Source of the DNA: Candidatus Parcubacteria bacterium
GTDB lineage: Bacteria; Patescibacteriota; Minisyncoccia; UBA6257; JAGOQP01
Assembly (NCBI GenBank): GCA_025999395.1
Contig: AP024682.1
Location: 237,638 to 301,637 of the forward strand
Direction: 5' to 3'
Length of the DNA: 64,000 nt
Shown here: piece by piece, positions 45,374 to 55,374 of the stretch
Position numbering within the stretch: position 1 is the stretch's first letter
Layout of the letters: every line of letters begins with the position of its first letter
Program-made: the position numbers and the translations under genes
The notes under the pieces: generated by a model
What the model was told of the DNA's origin: nothing
Database searches by the model: none
The model's input: only the letters and a program-made list of their open reading frames with translations

Positions 45374-46423
45374 ATGGAAAAATTTACTTTTTTTCTTTTA
45401 GTTTTAATGGGATTGTTAGGAGTTTTTTGGGGATTGGGAGGATTTAATCAGTCAACTCCCTTGCCTTCTTCGGGGCTTTTTGCTTCTGCTTTAGCAATGG
45501 TGGAAACCGATTGGAATAGTGGCTGGGGGAGTTTTTTGATTTCTTTTGATAACTTTAATAACTTCCATCAAGTTACTTTAGAGAAGGAAGAAGCTGTTAA
45601 GGTTTTTGATGTCTGGGGAAAGGATAAAAGCAATTTAATTTATCTAGCTACCGATAAAGGAATTTTCTTCAGCCAAGATGGAGGTTTGACCTGGAATCGC
45701 TTTGTTTCTTCTAATAATGAAATTAATGAGCATTCTGTAGTATTTAGAATTCTTCCCGCTAGCCAAAACGAAGAAGATTATTTTGTTTCTGTTTATGATG
45801 GCCAAAAAGGGAAGGTTTATCGAACTTATGACTACTTCTTCAACTTGGAAAAGTTAGTAGATTTCGACAAGGAAGCTGTTTATGATTTTTATCGTTTGGG
45901 CGATTATCTTTATTTAGCTCTTTCCAATGGCCAATTAATTCGCTTTAATTTAAAAACTCAGGAAGCTAAATTGGTTAACTCCTTTGCCTCGCCGATCTTA
46001 AGAATCTTTCGCTCTCCTAATGGTTATTTTTATCTTCTTTTTAAATCGGGCAATTTGGGCCGAGGAGTAAATTTGGAAAAAGAATTTCAAAAAATTGAAT
46101 TGCCTTCAGGAAACTTTTTGTTTGCTCAAGGAGGAGTTAAAAAGATGGCTTTGGATGAATGGGGAACTCTTTATCTCTTAAGTAAAGATGGACTTTATTT
46201 GAGCTTTGATGATGGTCTTTCCTTTAAACTTCTTAAGTCTCTTCCTTTAAAAGGAACTATCGATGCCTTTGGAGTTAAAGAGGGAAAGATCTATGTAGTA
46301 GTTAAGAATAAGCTTTATATCAGTCAGGATGGCGGAAACAATTGGAAAATCAAAGAGGTGGCTGGTGATTTTCCAATTCGTTCATTGTTTTTTGTTAATC
46401 AAAGAGTGATTTTGAGTCGCTAA
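45374..46423 (+). CDS. Secreted BNR/Ycf48-like beta-propeller protein.
   Basis: Signal peptide. Repeated SxDGGxTW motifs (FFSQDGGLTWNRF, YISQDGGNNWKI). Confidence 0.45.
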   Translation: MEKFTFFLLVLMGLLGVFWGLGGFNQSTPLPSSGLFASALAMVETDWNSGWGSFLISFDNFNNFHQVTLEKEEAVKVFDVWGKDKSNLIYLATDKGIFFSQDGGLTWNRFVSSNNEINEHSVVFRILPASQNEEDYFVSVYDGQKGKVYRTYDYFFNLEKLVDFDKEAVYDFYRLGDYLYLALSNGQLIRFNLKTQEAKLVNSFASPILRIFRSPNGYFYLLFKSGNLGRGVNLEKEFQKIELPSGNFLFAQGGVKKMALDEWGTLYLLSKDGLYLSFDDGLSFKLLKSLPLKGTIDAFGVKEGKIYVVVKNKLYISQDGGNNWKIKEVAGDFPIRSLFFVNQRVILSR

Positions 46424-46450
46424 TCAGAGAGAATATTTTTTTCTTTTTCA

Positions 46451-46478
46451 AAAGCCTCCTTGCGAGGCTTTTTGATTA
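46451..46478 (+). terminator. Rho-independent terminator.
   Basis: AAGCCTC-cttgc-GAGGCTT followed by TTTGATT. Confidence 0.4.
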
Positions 46479-46555
46479 TTAAGTATTTGTCTTCTTATTT
46501 TTTTTGAGTTATATTTAATACACTTAAAAGGTGTTTTGGTTTTTTCTAGGTTTTT

Positions 46556-47107
46556 ATGGAGACTGAGATTGAAAAAAAATTCAAGGATTCTTTAGCTCAA
46601 ATCGAAAAAGCTTTCAGAGAAGAAATTGCTTCGGTGCGAGGAAGCCGGCCCACCCCTGCTTTAGTGGAAGATGTTTTGGTTGATTATTATGGTCAGAAAG
46701 TTCCTTTAAAGCAGTTGGCTTCTATTAGTGTTATTCCTCCTCGTGAGATTCAGATTTCGGCGTGGGATAAAATGGCGGTTTCGGGAATAATTAAAGCTGT
46801 TTCTTCGGCTTTAAATCTTCAGGCGGTTTCTGATGGGAGTGTTATTCACATTAATTTTCCTTCTTTAACTCAGGAAAGAAGACAGGAATTAATTAGATTA
46901 GTTAAAGAAAAAACTGAAGAATTTAAGGTAAGATCTCGTCTTTTAAGAGATGAAGTAAAGAAGGAAATTAGCGAAAAGGAGAAAAATAAAGAAATTACCG
47001 AAGATGACAAGTTCCAATTAAACGAAAGAATTCAGAAGATTTTAGATGAATTTAATGAAAGGGTGGAAGATTATTTAAAGAAAAAAATTGATGAAATTAA
47101 TGAGTAA
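46556..47107 (+). CDS. frr: Ribosome recycling factor.
   Basis: 183 aa with SVRGSRPTPALVEDVLVDYYG. Confidence 0.9.
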   Translation: METEIEKKFKDSLAQIEKAFREEIASVRGSRPTPALVEDVLVDYYGQKVPLKQLASISVIPPREIQISAWDKMAVSGIIKAVSSALNLQAVSDGSVIHINFPSLTQERRQELIRLVKEKTEEFKVRSRLLRDEVKKEISEKEKNKEITEDDKFQLNERIQKILDEFNERVEDYLKKKIDEINE

Positions 47108-47121
47108 TTTTATTTCAACTT

Positions 47122-48177
47122 ATGATTTTTGATTTACTTGTTTTTATTTTAGTGCTGGCGATTCTGGTAATTGTTCATGAATTGGGCCACTTTTTGGCTG
47201 CCAAGAAGATGGGAATGTATGTAGAGGAATTTGGTTTCGGTTTTCCGCCTCGAATTTTTTCTTGGAAGAAGAAAGAAACTCGCTGGAGTCTTAATCTTAT
47301 CCCTTTAGGAGGGTTTGTAAAAATTGCCGGTGAAGAAGGAGAAAGAAGTAATCAACAGGAAGAAGAAAGCGAAGAAGAAAAAACTATTCCCTCAGAAAGA
47401 CTTTTTTCTGCTAAGCCTATCTGGCAAAGGTTGATTGTGCTAATAAGCGGAGTGCTGATGAATTTTTTATTAGGCTGGCTTTTGCTTTCTTTGGTTTTTC
47501 TTTTTGGAGAAGAAAAATCTCTTCTGATTTCGGCAATAGAAGCTAATTCTCCGGCAGAAGTCGTTGGCTTAAAAGCAGGGGATAAAATTTTGGGTTTTCA
47601 AGAGCCTGAAAACTTTGTTAACTTTATTAATCAGCATAAAGGCAAAGAAGTTACTCTTCAAATTGAAAGAGGAGGAGAGAAAAAAGAAATTAAAGTTGTT
47701 CCTCGCTCTCAAGTAAATGCAGGACAAGGGGCGCTGGGGGTTTCTTTGGTGGCTGGAGGAGTTGAAAAACTTCCCTGGTATCGATCTTTTTGGGAAGGAT
47801 TTATTTCGGCGGTAAAAATTTTTGCTTTTGTTTTTATAATGCTTTTTAAATTGATTATTGGTTTTTTTACGGGAGCTAATCTCTTAAATTATCTTTCCGG
47901 ACCGGTAGGAATTTATCAGGTAACTACTCAAGCAGCGGGATTGGGATTAATTTATTTGATTAATTTAGTGGCCTTGATCTCTCTTAATTTGGCTGCTTTA
48001 AATATCTTTCCTTTTCCGGCTTTGGATGGAGGAAGAATTATTTTTTTGATAATTGAAAAAATAAAAGGTGCGCCGGTAAGTGTAAGAACTCAGCAAATTG
48101 TTAATGCCATTGGTTTTTCTTTGCTGATTTTATTGGTTATTATTGTAAGTATTAAAGATATTGCTAAGTTAATTTAG
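47122..48177 (+). CDS. rseP: RIP metalloprotease RseP (M50 with PDZ).
   Basis: HELGHFLAAK HExxH in TM1, a PDZ region, and LNIFPFPALDGGRI. Confidence 0.8.
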   Translation: MIFDLLVFILVLAILVIVHELGHFLAAKKMGMYVEEFGFGFPPRIFSWKKKETRWSLNLIPLGGFVKIAGEEGERSNQQEEESEEEKTIPSERLFSAKPIWQRLIVLISGVLMNFLLGWLLLSLVFLFGEEKSLLISAIEANSPAEVVGLKAGDKILGFQEPENFVNFINQHKGKEVTLQIERGGEKKEIKVVPRSQVNAGQGALGVSLVAGGVEKLPWYRSFWEGFISAVKIFAFVFIMLFKLIIGFFTGANLLNYLSGPVGIYQVTTQAAGLGLIYLINLVALISLNLAALNIFPFPALDGGRIIFLIIEKIKGAPVSVRTQQIVNAIGFSLLILLVIIVSIKDIAKLI

Positions 48178-48181
48178 TTTT

Positions 48182-49438
48182 ATGTATCAGTCTCGGCTCC
48201 CCAATTTTATCAAGAAAGAGTTTCCTAAGGATGAGGAATCTTATAACGCCAAAATTCTTGTAAGGGCAGGTTTTGTTGATAAATTAATGGCTGGTGTTTA
48301 CACTTATCTACCTTTAGGGTTAAGGGTTTTGGAAAAGATAACAAATCTGGTAAGGGAAGAAATTAATGCTTTGGGGGCTCAAGAAATTAGAATGCCAGCT
48401 CTTTCTCCTAAAGAAAACTGGCAAAGAACTGGCCGCTGGGAAAGTTTTGATGCCTTGTTTAAATTAATTGGAAGAGACAAGAAAGAATACGCTTTGGGAC
48501 CAACTCATGAAGAAATTGTTGTTCCTCTTTCTCAAAAGGCTATTTTTTCTTACAAGGATTTACCTTTAGCTTTATATCAAATTCAAACTAAGTTTCGAGA
48601 TGAAGCTCGAGCCAAAGCTGGACTTTTAAGAGGAAAAGAATTTTTAATGAAGGATCTTTATTCTTTTCATGCTGATCAAAAAGATTTAGATAGTTTTTAT
48701 GAAAAAGTGAGTTTTGCTTATAAAAGAATTTTTCAAAGATTGGGTTTAAAGGCCTTGAAAGTAGAGGCTTCGGGAGGAACTTTTTCCAAATATTCTCACG
48801 AGTTTCAGGTTTTTTTGGAAAACGGGGAGGATGAAATTGTTTATTGTTCTCACTGCTCTTTTGCTCAAAACAAAGAAATTTTTGAAGAGAATAAAGGTTA
48901 TTGTCCTCTTTGTCGAAGTTTTTCTTTAAAAATTGGTCGGGCTAGTGAAGTGGGAAACATCTTTAAGCTAGGAACAAATTATTCTCATCCCTTTTCTTTA
49001 AAATACAAAGATAAAGAAGGAAAAGAAAATTTAGTTTTAATGGGATGTTACGGGATTGGGATTTCTCGCTTAATGGGAGTTTTAGCTGAGGTTTTTCATG
49101 ATCAAGATGGCTTAATTTGGCCTGCTAATGTTGCTCCTTTTAAGGTTCATTTATTGGCTCTTTTTGGTTCTAACAAAAAGGAAAATAGAAAAATTTTAGA
49201 AAGAGCTCGCCAAATTTATAAGAAACTTACCGCTCTTAAGATAGAAGTGCTTTTTGATGAGAGATTAGATAAAAGCGCGGGCGAAAAGTTAGTAGAAAGT
49301 GATTTAATAGGAATTCCTTTAAGATTAGTTGTTAGTCAAAAAACTAAGGATAAAATTGAGTTTAAAGAAAGAAAAAAGAAAAAAGCTCAGCTTTTGGGTT
49401 TATCATCGATCTTATCTAAGATTAATTCTTTAAAATAA
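48182..49438 (+). CDS. proS: Prolyl-tRNA synthetase, a minimal form without the INS editing domain and with a CxxC...CxxC insert.
   Basis: VYTYLPLGLRVLEKI, LGPTHEEIVV, QIQTKFRDEAR...KEFLMKDLYSFH all match ProRS closely. The insert is CSHCSF...CPLC. Confidence 0.85.
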   Translation: MYQSRLPNFIKKEFPKDEESYNAKILVRAGFVDKLMAGVYTYLPLGLRVLEKITNLVREEINALGAQEIRMPALSPKENWQRTGRWESFDALFKLIGRDKKEYALGPTHEEIVVPLSQKAIFSYKDLPLALYQIQTKFRDEARAKAGLLRGKEFLMKDLYSFHADQKDLDSFYEKVSFAYKRIFQRLGLKALKVEASGGTFSKYSHEFQVFLENGEDEIVYCSHCSFAQNKEIFEENKGYCPLCRSFSLKIGRASEVGNIFKLGTNYSHPFSLKYKDKEGKENLVLMGCYGIGISRLMGVLAEVFHDQDGLIWPANVAPFKVHLLALFGSNKKENRKILERARQIYKKLTALKIEVLFDERLDKSAGEKLVESDLIGIPLRLVVSQKTKDKIEFKERKKKKAQLLGLSSILSKINSLK

Positions 49439-49459
49439 ACATTAATTTTTCTATTAGCT

Positions 49460-50500
49460 ATGAGTATTTGGGACAAATTTAAAACTGATGTGGGAATAGA
49501 TTTAGGAACTGCTAATACCTTGGTTTATTTGAAAGGAAGAGGGATTGTTTTTAATGAGCCAACGGTAATTGCGATAAATAATAAAACTGGCCAAATTGTT
49601 GCCATTGGCTTAGAAGCTCAAAAAATGATGGGACGTACTCCTTCTCATATTTCAGTAATTCGGCCCTTAGTGGGAGGAGTGATTTCTGATTTTTATATGG
49701 CTCAAGAAATACTCCGCTATTTTCTTAAAAAAATAAAAAAAGATTCTTTTTTAAACTACATTCGAGCAGTAGTGGCGATTCCGGCTAATTTAACAGAAGT
49801 AGAAAGAAAATCTACGGAAGATGCAGTAATTCTTTCAGGAGCCTCGAGTGTTTATCTTTTAGAAGAGCCGATTGCGGCGGTTTTGGGAGCTGGTCTTCCC
49901 ATTGATCAACCGCAAGCTAGTATGGTGGTAGATATTGGAGGTGGGACTTCAGAAATTGCTGTTATTTCTTTAGGAGGAGTGGTGGTTTCTCAAAGTCTTA
50001 AAGTGGCGGGCGATAAATTTAATGAAGATATCATTCGTTTTGCTCGAGACAACTTTAAAATTGCTATTGGAGAGCCAACAGCCGAAAGAATTAAAAAAGA
50101 GATTGGTTCAGTTTTGCCGGAGGAAGATAGATTAGAAATTGTTGTAGGGGGACGAGATCTTTCCTCAGGACTTCCTAAAGAAGTTACTATCAAGGGTTCT
50201 CAAGTGAGAAATGCTCTTGCTTCTTCAGTGAAGCAAATTTTGGAGGCAATAAAAAATACTATTGAGCAAACTCCACCAGAACTCACTGGCGATCTTCTTC
50301 AAAACGGCATTTATTTATCGGGAGGAGGAAGCCTGCTTAGAGGGTTTGATGAATTAATTACCAAAGAATTATCTATTAAGACTACTCGAGTGGATGATCC
50401 ACTTACCTGTGTGATTCGAGGGGTAGGAGTGGTGGTGGAAGATATAAAGAAATATCAGCCTCTCTTTTCTTTAACAGTAAAGCCGATAAGTGTTGAGTAA
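49460..50500 (+). CDS. mreB: MreB (copy 2), at the head of the mreBCD-pbp2 cluster.
   Basis: VGIDLGTANTLVYL, VDIGGGTSE, YLSGGGSLL. Confidence 0.85.
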   Translation: MSIWDKFKTDVGIDLGTANTLVYLKGRGIVFNEPTVIAINNKTGQIVAIGLEAQKMMGRTPSHISVIRPLVGGVISDFYMAQEILRYFLKKIKKDSFLNYIRAVVAIPANLTEVERKSTEDAVILSGASSVYLLEEPIAAVLGAGLPIDQPQASMVVDIGGGTSEIAVISLGGVVVSQSLKVAGDKFNEDIIRFARDNFKIAIGEPTAERIKKEIGSVLPEEDRLEIVVGGRDLSSGLPKEVTIKGSQVRNALASSVKQILEAIKNTIEQTPPELTGDLLQNGIYLSGGGSLLRGFDELITKELSIKTTRVDDPLTCVIRGVGVVVEDIKKYQPLFSLTVKPISVE

Positions 50501-50526
50501 TTTTTGGAGGGTGTTTATTATGAATT

Positions 50527-51213
50527 ATGAAAAGGAAATGGCTTAAGATTTTTCTTTTTTTGGCGTTGATTTTCCTTGCTTTTTCTCAGGTTTTTTTACC
50601 TCTTGATTTAAGAATTGAAAATTTTTTAAAAAACATTTTCCGCGTTTCTTCTTTAGTGGAAGAAAATAATTATCTTCGCAAAATCAATCTTGACTTGGAA
50701 AACAAATTATCTCAACTTTCTTCTCAGAAAGAATTAGTTTCTCAAAACGGCTATTTGCCGGCCAAAGTTTTTTCTCTTTATCCTTATAATCTTAAAAGCC
50801 GTCTTTATTTAGATGTGGGCGAAAAAGATGGAGTAAGGGTTGGTAGTCCCGTTTTATTTTCGGAAACGGTTCTGGTGGGGGTGATAAGTAATGTTTGGAA
50901 AACAAGAAGTGAGGTGATGACTGTTTTTGATCCCAATTTTTCTTTGGCAGTAAGAATTGGAGAGGAAGAAATTGATGGTTTATTGGAAGGCGGTTTAAAT
51001 CCCAAGGTGGGCTTAATTAGTAAAAATAAAGTTGTTTCTTCAGGAGAAAGAGTTGTTTCTGCCTCCAAAGATTTTCCTTACGGCCTTTTGGTTGGTAAGG
51101 TAAAAAGTATTAAAGAAGATACCTCCGGAGCTTTTTGGGAAGCTTTTTTGGAGTTGCCATATACTTTAAGTGATTTAAGAGAGGTTTTGATAAAAGTTGG
51201 AGAAAATAACTGA
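50527..51213 (+). CDS. mreC: Rod shape-determining protein MreC.
   Basis: N-terminal TM, a coiled coil, and C-terminal beta domains (GSPVLFSETVLVGVISNV). The position after mreB supports the call. Confidence 0.65.
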   Translation: MKRKWLKIFLFLALIFLAFSQVFLPLDLRIENFLKNIFRVSSLVEENNYLRKINLDLENKLSQLSSQKELVSQNGYLPAKVFSLYPYNLKSRLYLDVGEKDGVRVGSPVLFSETVLVGVISNVWKTRSEVMTVFDPNFSLAVRIGEEEIDGLLEGGLNPKVGLISKNKVVSSGERVVSASKDFPYGLLVGKVKSIKEDTSGAFWEAFLELPYTLSDLREVLIKVGENN

Positions 51214-51236
51214 AAATAAGCAGGTCTATTTATTTC

Positions 51237-51716
51237 ATGTTTTTTTTGGAAAATGATTTTTTAAAAAAAGAAGATTTTTGGACGGGGGCTTTCTTTTTGT
51301 TTTGGTTCTTTTTATTAAGGTTTTTTTTATCTTTATTTGGATTGGTTTTTCCTAATCTGGCTTTAGTTTTTATTTTAGCGCTTTCTTTTTTTATTAATCG
51401 GTTTTGGTCCTTTCTATTCTTTTTGGGGGTTTCTTTAATTATGAGCAAGTTTTTACCCTTTTTTCTTTGGGAACATCTTTTTCTTTTAGTAAGTGGAATT
51501 GCCTCTTTTATTTTCTTTAAATTTTTTCTTTCTTCTAAAAATGTTTTGGTTTTTCTTTTTAGTTTAATCTTTTGGCAGTTAATTTTTTATTTGACTTTTG
51601 CCAATGATTGGAAAGCTTTTTTTTCTTTAATTTTTTTGAAAGAATTTATTTATAATGCTCTTTTGGGCTCATTGATGTTTGCTTTAGGTTTATGGCTAAA
51701 AAAGAAATTTATTTAG
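51237..51716 (+). CDS. mreD: MreD-like polytopic membrane protein.
   Basis: 5 TM helices. Called on its position between mreC and the PBP2 gene. Confidence 0.45.
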   Translation: MFFLENDFLKKEDFWTGAFFLFWFFLLRFFLSLFGLVFPNLALVFILALSFFINRFWSFLFFLGVSLIMSKFLPFFLWEHLFLLVSGIASFIFFKFFLSSKNVLVFLFSLIFWQLIFYLTFANDWKAFFSLIFLKEFIYNALLGSLMFALGLWLKKKFI

Positions 51717-53608
51717 AAGAAGCTGTTTTAGATGATTTGTCTCAAGGGTTAGAAATAGTAGAGAAGCCTTTGAGTGAGAAATTATTTAAGGTAATGGGAG
51801 GGGTGACTTTATTTTTGGTTTTTGTTTTCTTCTTGAGGTTAGGTTATTTAGTCATTTATCAAGGAAAAGAGTATCAACTAAGAGCTTTTGCTAATTCGGG
51901 GCAACAAGTAGTTGTTAGAGCACCGCGAGGAATTATCTATGATCGCTTCGGAAAAATTTTGGTTACTAATCAGCCCAGTTTTGATATTGTTTTAAATCTT
52001 TCTCAAATTCTTAAAGACGAAGGGACTCTTAAACAAGTATTGGAAGAAGTTTCTCAAGTTGTTCCTTTGGAGGTTGAGGAGATCAAAAATTTGATTGCCT
52101 CTATTGATTTAGAAAAGCAAGCTTATTTTCTGTTAAAGAAAAATGTTTCTTTGGAACAAATAATTGAATTGAAAAAGAAAAAAATTCCTTCTCTTATTAT
52201 AGAAAACAACTTTAGTCGTCATTATTTTGAAGGAGAAGTTTTTGCTCATCTTTTGGGTTATGTGGGATTGGTGGATAAGACCGATTTAGCAAAAAACAAA
52301 AAATTAGGTCTCAATGATGAAATTGGCAAAAGCGGCCTTGAACTTTACTACGATGAATTTTTAAGAGGTCAGGATGGAGTTTCTTTGGTTTACAAAGATG
52401 CCGTTAGTAATGTTTTAGAGGAAAAGATGATTAATCCGCCTTTGGCAGGCAAAAATTTAGAAACTACAATTGATGCGGATCTTCAGCAATTTTTCTTTGA
52501 AGCTTTGAAGAATCAAATTCAGTCGCTTCAAGCAGCAGCCGGGGGAGGACTAGTAATGGATCCTGCTTCAGGGCAAATTTTAGCTTTGGTTAGTTTCCCC
52601 AGTTTTGATAATAATAATCTTAAAAAAGAATTTTTCATTGATAAAAGTCGTCCTTTGTTTAATCGAATAGTTTCGGGAGTTTATAGCCCCGGCTCTACCA
52701 TCAAGCCTTTAGTAGCTTTTGCGGCTTTAGAAGAAGGGATTGTTGATCCTTTCTTTTCTATTTTTTCAGCGGGGTTTATAGAAATTCCCAATCCTTATTT
52801 TCCTAATCAACCTTCTCGCTTTCTTGACTGGAAGCCTCACGGTTGGGTGAATCTTTACTCAGCTTTAGCGCGTTCAAGTAACATTTATTTCTATCAAGTG
52901 GGAGGTGGTTTTGGTTCTTTTAAGGGTTTGGGAATTGAAAGGTTAAGAGAATACTGGGAAAAGTTCCTTTTAAACAAAAAAACGGGGATTGATTTGCCTT
53001 CTGAAAAGAGTGGTCTTCTGCCTGATCCTCAGCAAAAAGAAAAAAACACTGGCCAAATTTGGAGAATTGGAGATACTTACAATGTAGCTATTGGACAGGG
53101 TGATTTGATGATTACTCCTCTAGAGCTTTTAAGATATATTGCAGGCATTTCTCAAAGAGGAAAATTTCCTGTTCCTTTTATTGTGAAATCTTTAAAGAAT
53201 TCTTCGCAGGAAATAATCTTTTCGAGAGATCCAAAATTTGAAGAAATTTCTTACAAAAATCAGAAAAACTTTGAAGAGGTAGAAAAAGGAATGATTGATG
53301 CGGTCGAAAAAGATTATGGCACTGCTCATTTGCTTGCTGATCTGCCCTTAAAAATTGCTGCTAAAACAGGAAGTGCTCAGATTGAAAATAATAAAAAAGT
53401 GAATGCTTTCTTTGTTGGCTACAATCTTCCTTTTTCTGAAAGAGAATGCCTTAATACTCCTAATCAAATCGCGGTTTTGGTTTTAATTGAAGATGCTCGT
53501 GAGGGAAGCTTAAATGCGGTCCCAGTAGCCAAAAAAGTTTTTCAGTGGTACTATGATAATAGATTAAGTCAGGATTCTTTTTGTCCCCAGAAATCTGAAA
53601 AAAATTAG
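51692..53608 (+). CDS. mrdA: Penicillin-binding protein 2 (elongasome transpeptidase).
   Basis: N-terminal TM, a dimerisation domain, SxxK (SPGSTIKP), SxN, KTGSA. Confidence 0.8.
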   Translation: MAKKEIYLEEAVLDDLSQGLEIVEKPLSEKLFKVMGGVTLFLVFVFFLRLGYLVIYQGKEYQLRAFANSGQQVVVRAPRGIIYDRFGKILVTNQPSFDIVLNLSQILKDEGTLKQVLEEVSQVVPLEVEEIKNLIASIDLEKQAYFLLKKNVSLEQIIELKKKKIPSLIIENNFSRHYFEGEVFAHLLGYVGLVDKTDLAKNKKLGLNDEIGKSGLELYYDEFLRGQDGVSLVYKDAVSNVLEEKMINPPLAGKNLETTIDADLQQFFFEALKNQIQSLQAAAGGGLVMDPASGQILALVSFPSFDNNNLKKEFFIDKSRPLFNRIVSGVYSPGSTIKPLVAFAALEEGIVDPFFSIFSAGFIEIPNPYFPNQPSRFLDWKPHGWVNLYSALARSSNIYFYQVGGGFGSFKGLGIERLREYWEKFLLNKKTGIDLPSEKSGLLPDPQQKEKNTGQIWRIGDTYNVAIGQGDLMITPLELLRYIAGISQRGKFPVPFIVKSLKNSSQEIIFSRDPKFEEISYKNQKNFEEVEKGMIDAVEKDYGTAHLLADLPLKIAAKTGSAQIENNKKVNAFFVGYNLPFSERECLNTPNQIAVLVLIEDAREGSLNAVPVAKKVFQWYYDNRLSQDSFCPQKSEKN

Positions 53609-53620
53609 TAATTAAAAAAA

Positions 53621-54634
53621 ATGAATTCGGAACTTCGTTATCATCAAACATTGGGAGAATGGGTGTTGATTGCCCCTCGGCGTCAGGATGGCAAAAAAAA
53701 GCCCAATGAGTTTAAAAAATATCTTTCAATTGAAAGAAAACCTTCTCCTTTAAAAACTTGTCCTTTCGAAGATGAAAATTTAAAGAGAAGTGGGAATTTT
53801 CCTCCTTATTTTTGGTTTCCGGAAACTAAGCCGTTGGAAAAATGGAGCCTTCAGGTCCTTCCTAACAAATTTCCGGCACTTGAAAAAATTTCTGACTGTC
53901 GGATCGAAAAAAGAGGAATTTATTTTGTTGCTCGGGGAGTAGGTTCTCATGATTTAGTTATTACTCGCAATCACTTTCATTCTTTTGGGGATCTAAAAAA
54001 TCAGGAAGCGGAAGAAGTTTTTTTGGCTTTTCAGAAAAGGTTTCGACAGCTGGCCTTAAATAAAAAGATTGCTTACATTTCTATTTTTTGTAATTGGGGA
54101 CCTCAGGCCGGCGCCAGCATTTTTCATCCTCATTATCAAATAATTGGTTTGCCAGTCATTCCTCATTCTGTTAGTCGGTCTCTTTTGATTTCTAAAGATT
54201 ATTTTAGAAAAAACAAAAGGTGTATTCACTGCGATGTTTTAAAAGAGGAAATGAAAGAAAAAAAGAGAATTGTTTATGAAAATAAGAATTATTTAGCTTT
54301 TGTTCCCTTTGCCTCTAAAGAGCCGTTTTGGGTAAGCGTTTTTCCTAAAAAACATCAGCCCTTTTTTGAAGATTTATCTCAAAAAGATTTGAAAGAAGCA
54401 GCTCTTGTTGTAAAAAAAATACTGGCTTTGATTAAAAGGAAATTAAATGATCCTGATTACAATTTCTTCATTCATACTGCTCCCTTAATTGAGAAGAAAA
54501 AGCATACTCATTATCATTGGCATTTAGAAATAGTTCCTAAATCAAATATTTCAGCCGGATTTGAATTAGGAACAGGAATTGAAATTAATCCCGTTTTTCC
54601 TGAAGAAGCGGCTCGCTTTTTGAAGAGTAAGTAA
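53621..54634 (+). CDS. Galactose-1-phosphate uridylyltransferase-family (GalT/HIT-like) nucleotidyltransferase.
   Basis: CPFEDEN and CIHCD zinc-site-like Cys pairs. HPHYQIIG matches the GalT HxHxQ active-site motif. Confidence 0.55.
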   Translation: MNSELRYHQTLGEWVLIAPRRQDGKKKPNEFKKYLSIERKPSPLKTCPFEDENLKRSGNFPPYFWFPETKPLEKWSLQVLPNKFPALEKISDCRIEKRGIYFVARGVGSHDLVITRNHFHSFGDLKNQEAEEVFLAFQKRFRQLALNKKIAYISIFCNWGPQAGASIFHPHYQIIGLPVIPHSVSRSLLISKDYFRKNKRCIHCDVLKEEMKEKKRIVYENKNYLAFVPFASKEPFWVSVFPKKHQPFFEDLSQKDLKEAALVVKKILALIKRKLNDPDYNFFIHTAPLIEKKKHTHYHWHLEIVPKSNISAGFELGTGIEINPVFPEEAARFLKSK

Positions 54635-54688
54635 TTTTTCTTGATTTTCTAAGAGGAATTGTTATTCTTTTTCTGTTATTTTTAGTTT

Positions 54689-55339
54689 TTGATTTTCTTG
54701 ATGTTGGAAAATATTTTAAATTGGTTAGCGAGAGAAATTATTAGTCTCATTAACTCTTTGGGATACGGGGGAGTATTTCTTTTGATGGCTTTGGAAAGCG
54801 CCAACATTATTATCCCTTCAGAAATTATTATGCCTTTCAGCGGCTTTTTAGTGGCACGGGGCAATTTTTCTTTTTGGGGGGTTGTTTTTTGGGGAGCGGC
54901 AGGAAATTTAGTTGGTTCAATTTTTTCTTATAAATTAGCCTCAGTGATTATTTCTCTTAGAGAAAAATCAAAAATAGTTAATTTTCTTATTCCTCAATCT
55001 TTATTAGAAAAATCTCAGCGCTGGTTTTTTCGCTGGGGAGAGGCCACTACTTTTTTTTCTCGTCTTTTGCCAATTATAAGAACTTTTATTTCTTTTCCGG
55101 CAGGGTTAGGAAAAATGAATTTTTGGCGATTTTGTCTGTATACTTTTTTGGGGTCCTTTCTTTGGTCAACTCTTTTAACTTACTTGGGACTGGTTTTAGG
55201 GGAAAATTGGCCAACTCTTAGAACTTATTTTGAAAAATTTGATTATTTAGTTGCAGCTTTAATTGTAGGAAGTGTTGTTCTCTGGTTAATAAAACACCTG
55301 AATGGTTCAAGAAATAAAAATCAGCCTAAAAATTTTTAG
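54689..55339 (+). CDS. DedA-family membrane protein.
   Basis: GYGGVFLLMALESANIIIPSEIIMPFSGFL is the DedA/SNARE-associated signature. Confidence 0.7.
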   Translation: MIFLMLENILNWLAREIISLINSLGYGGVFLLMALESANIIIPSEIIMPFSGFLVARGNFSFWGVVFWGAAGNLVGSIFSYKLASVIISLREKSKIVNFLIPQSLLEKSQRWFFRWGEATTFFSRLLPIIRTFISFPAGLGKMNFWRFCLYTFLGSFLWSTLLTYLGLVLGENWPTLRTYFEKFDYLVAALIVGSVVLWLIKHLNGSRNKNQPKNF

Positions 55340-55374
55340 TTCTTTAAATAAGTTTTTTGTGCTATTATTAAGCT

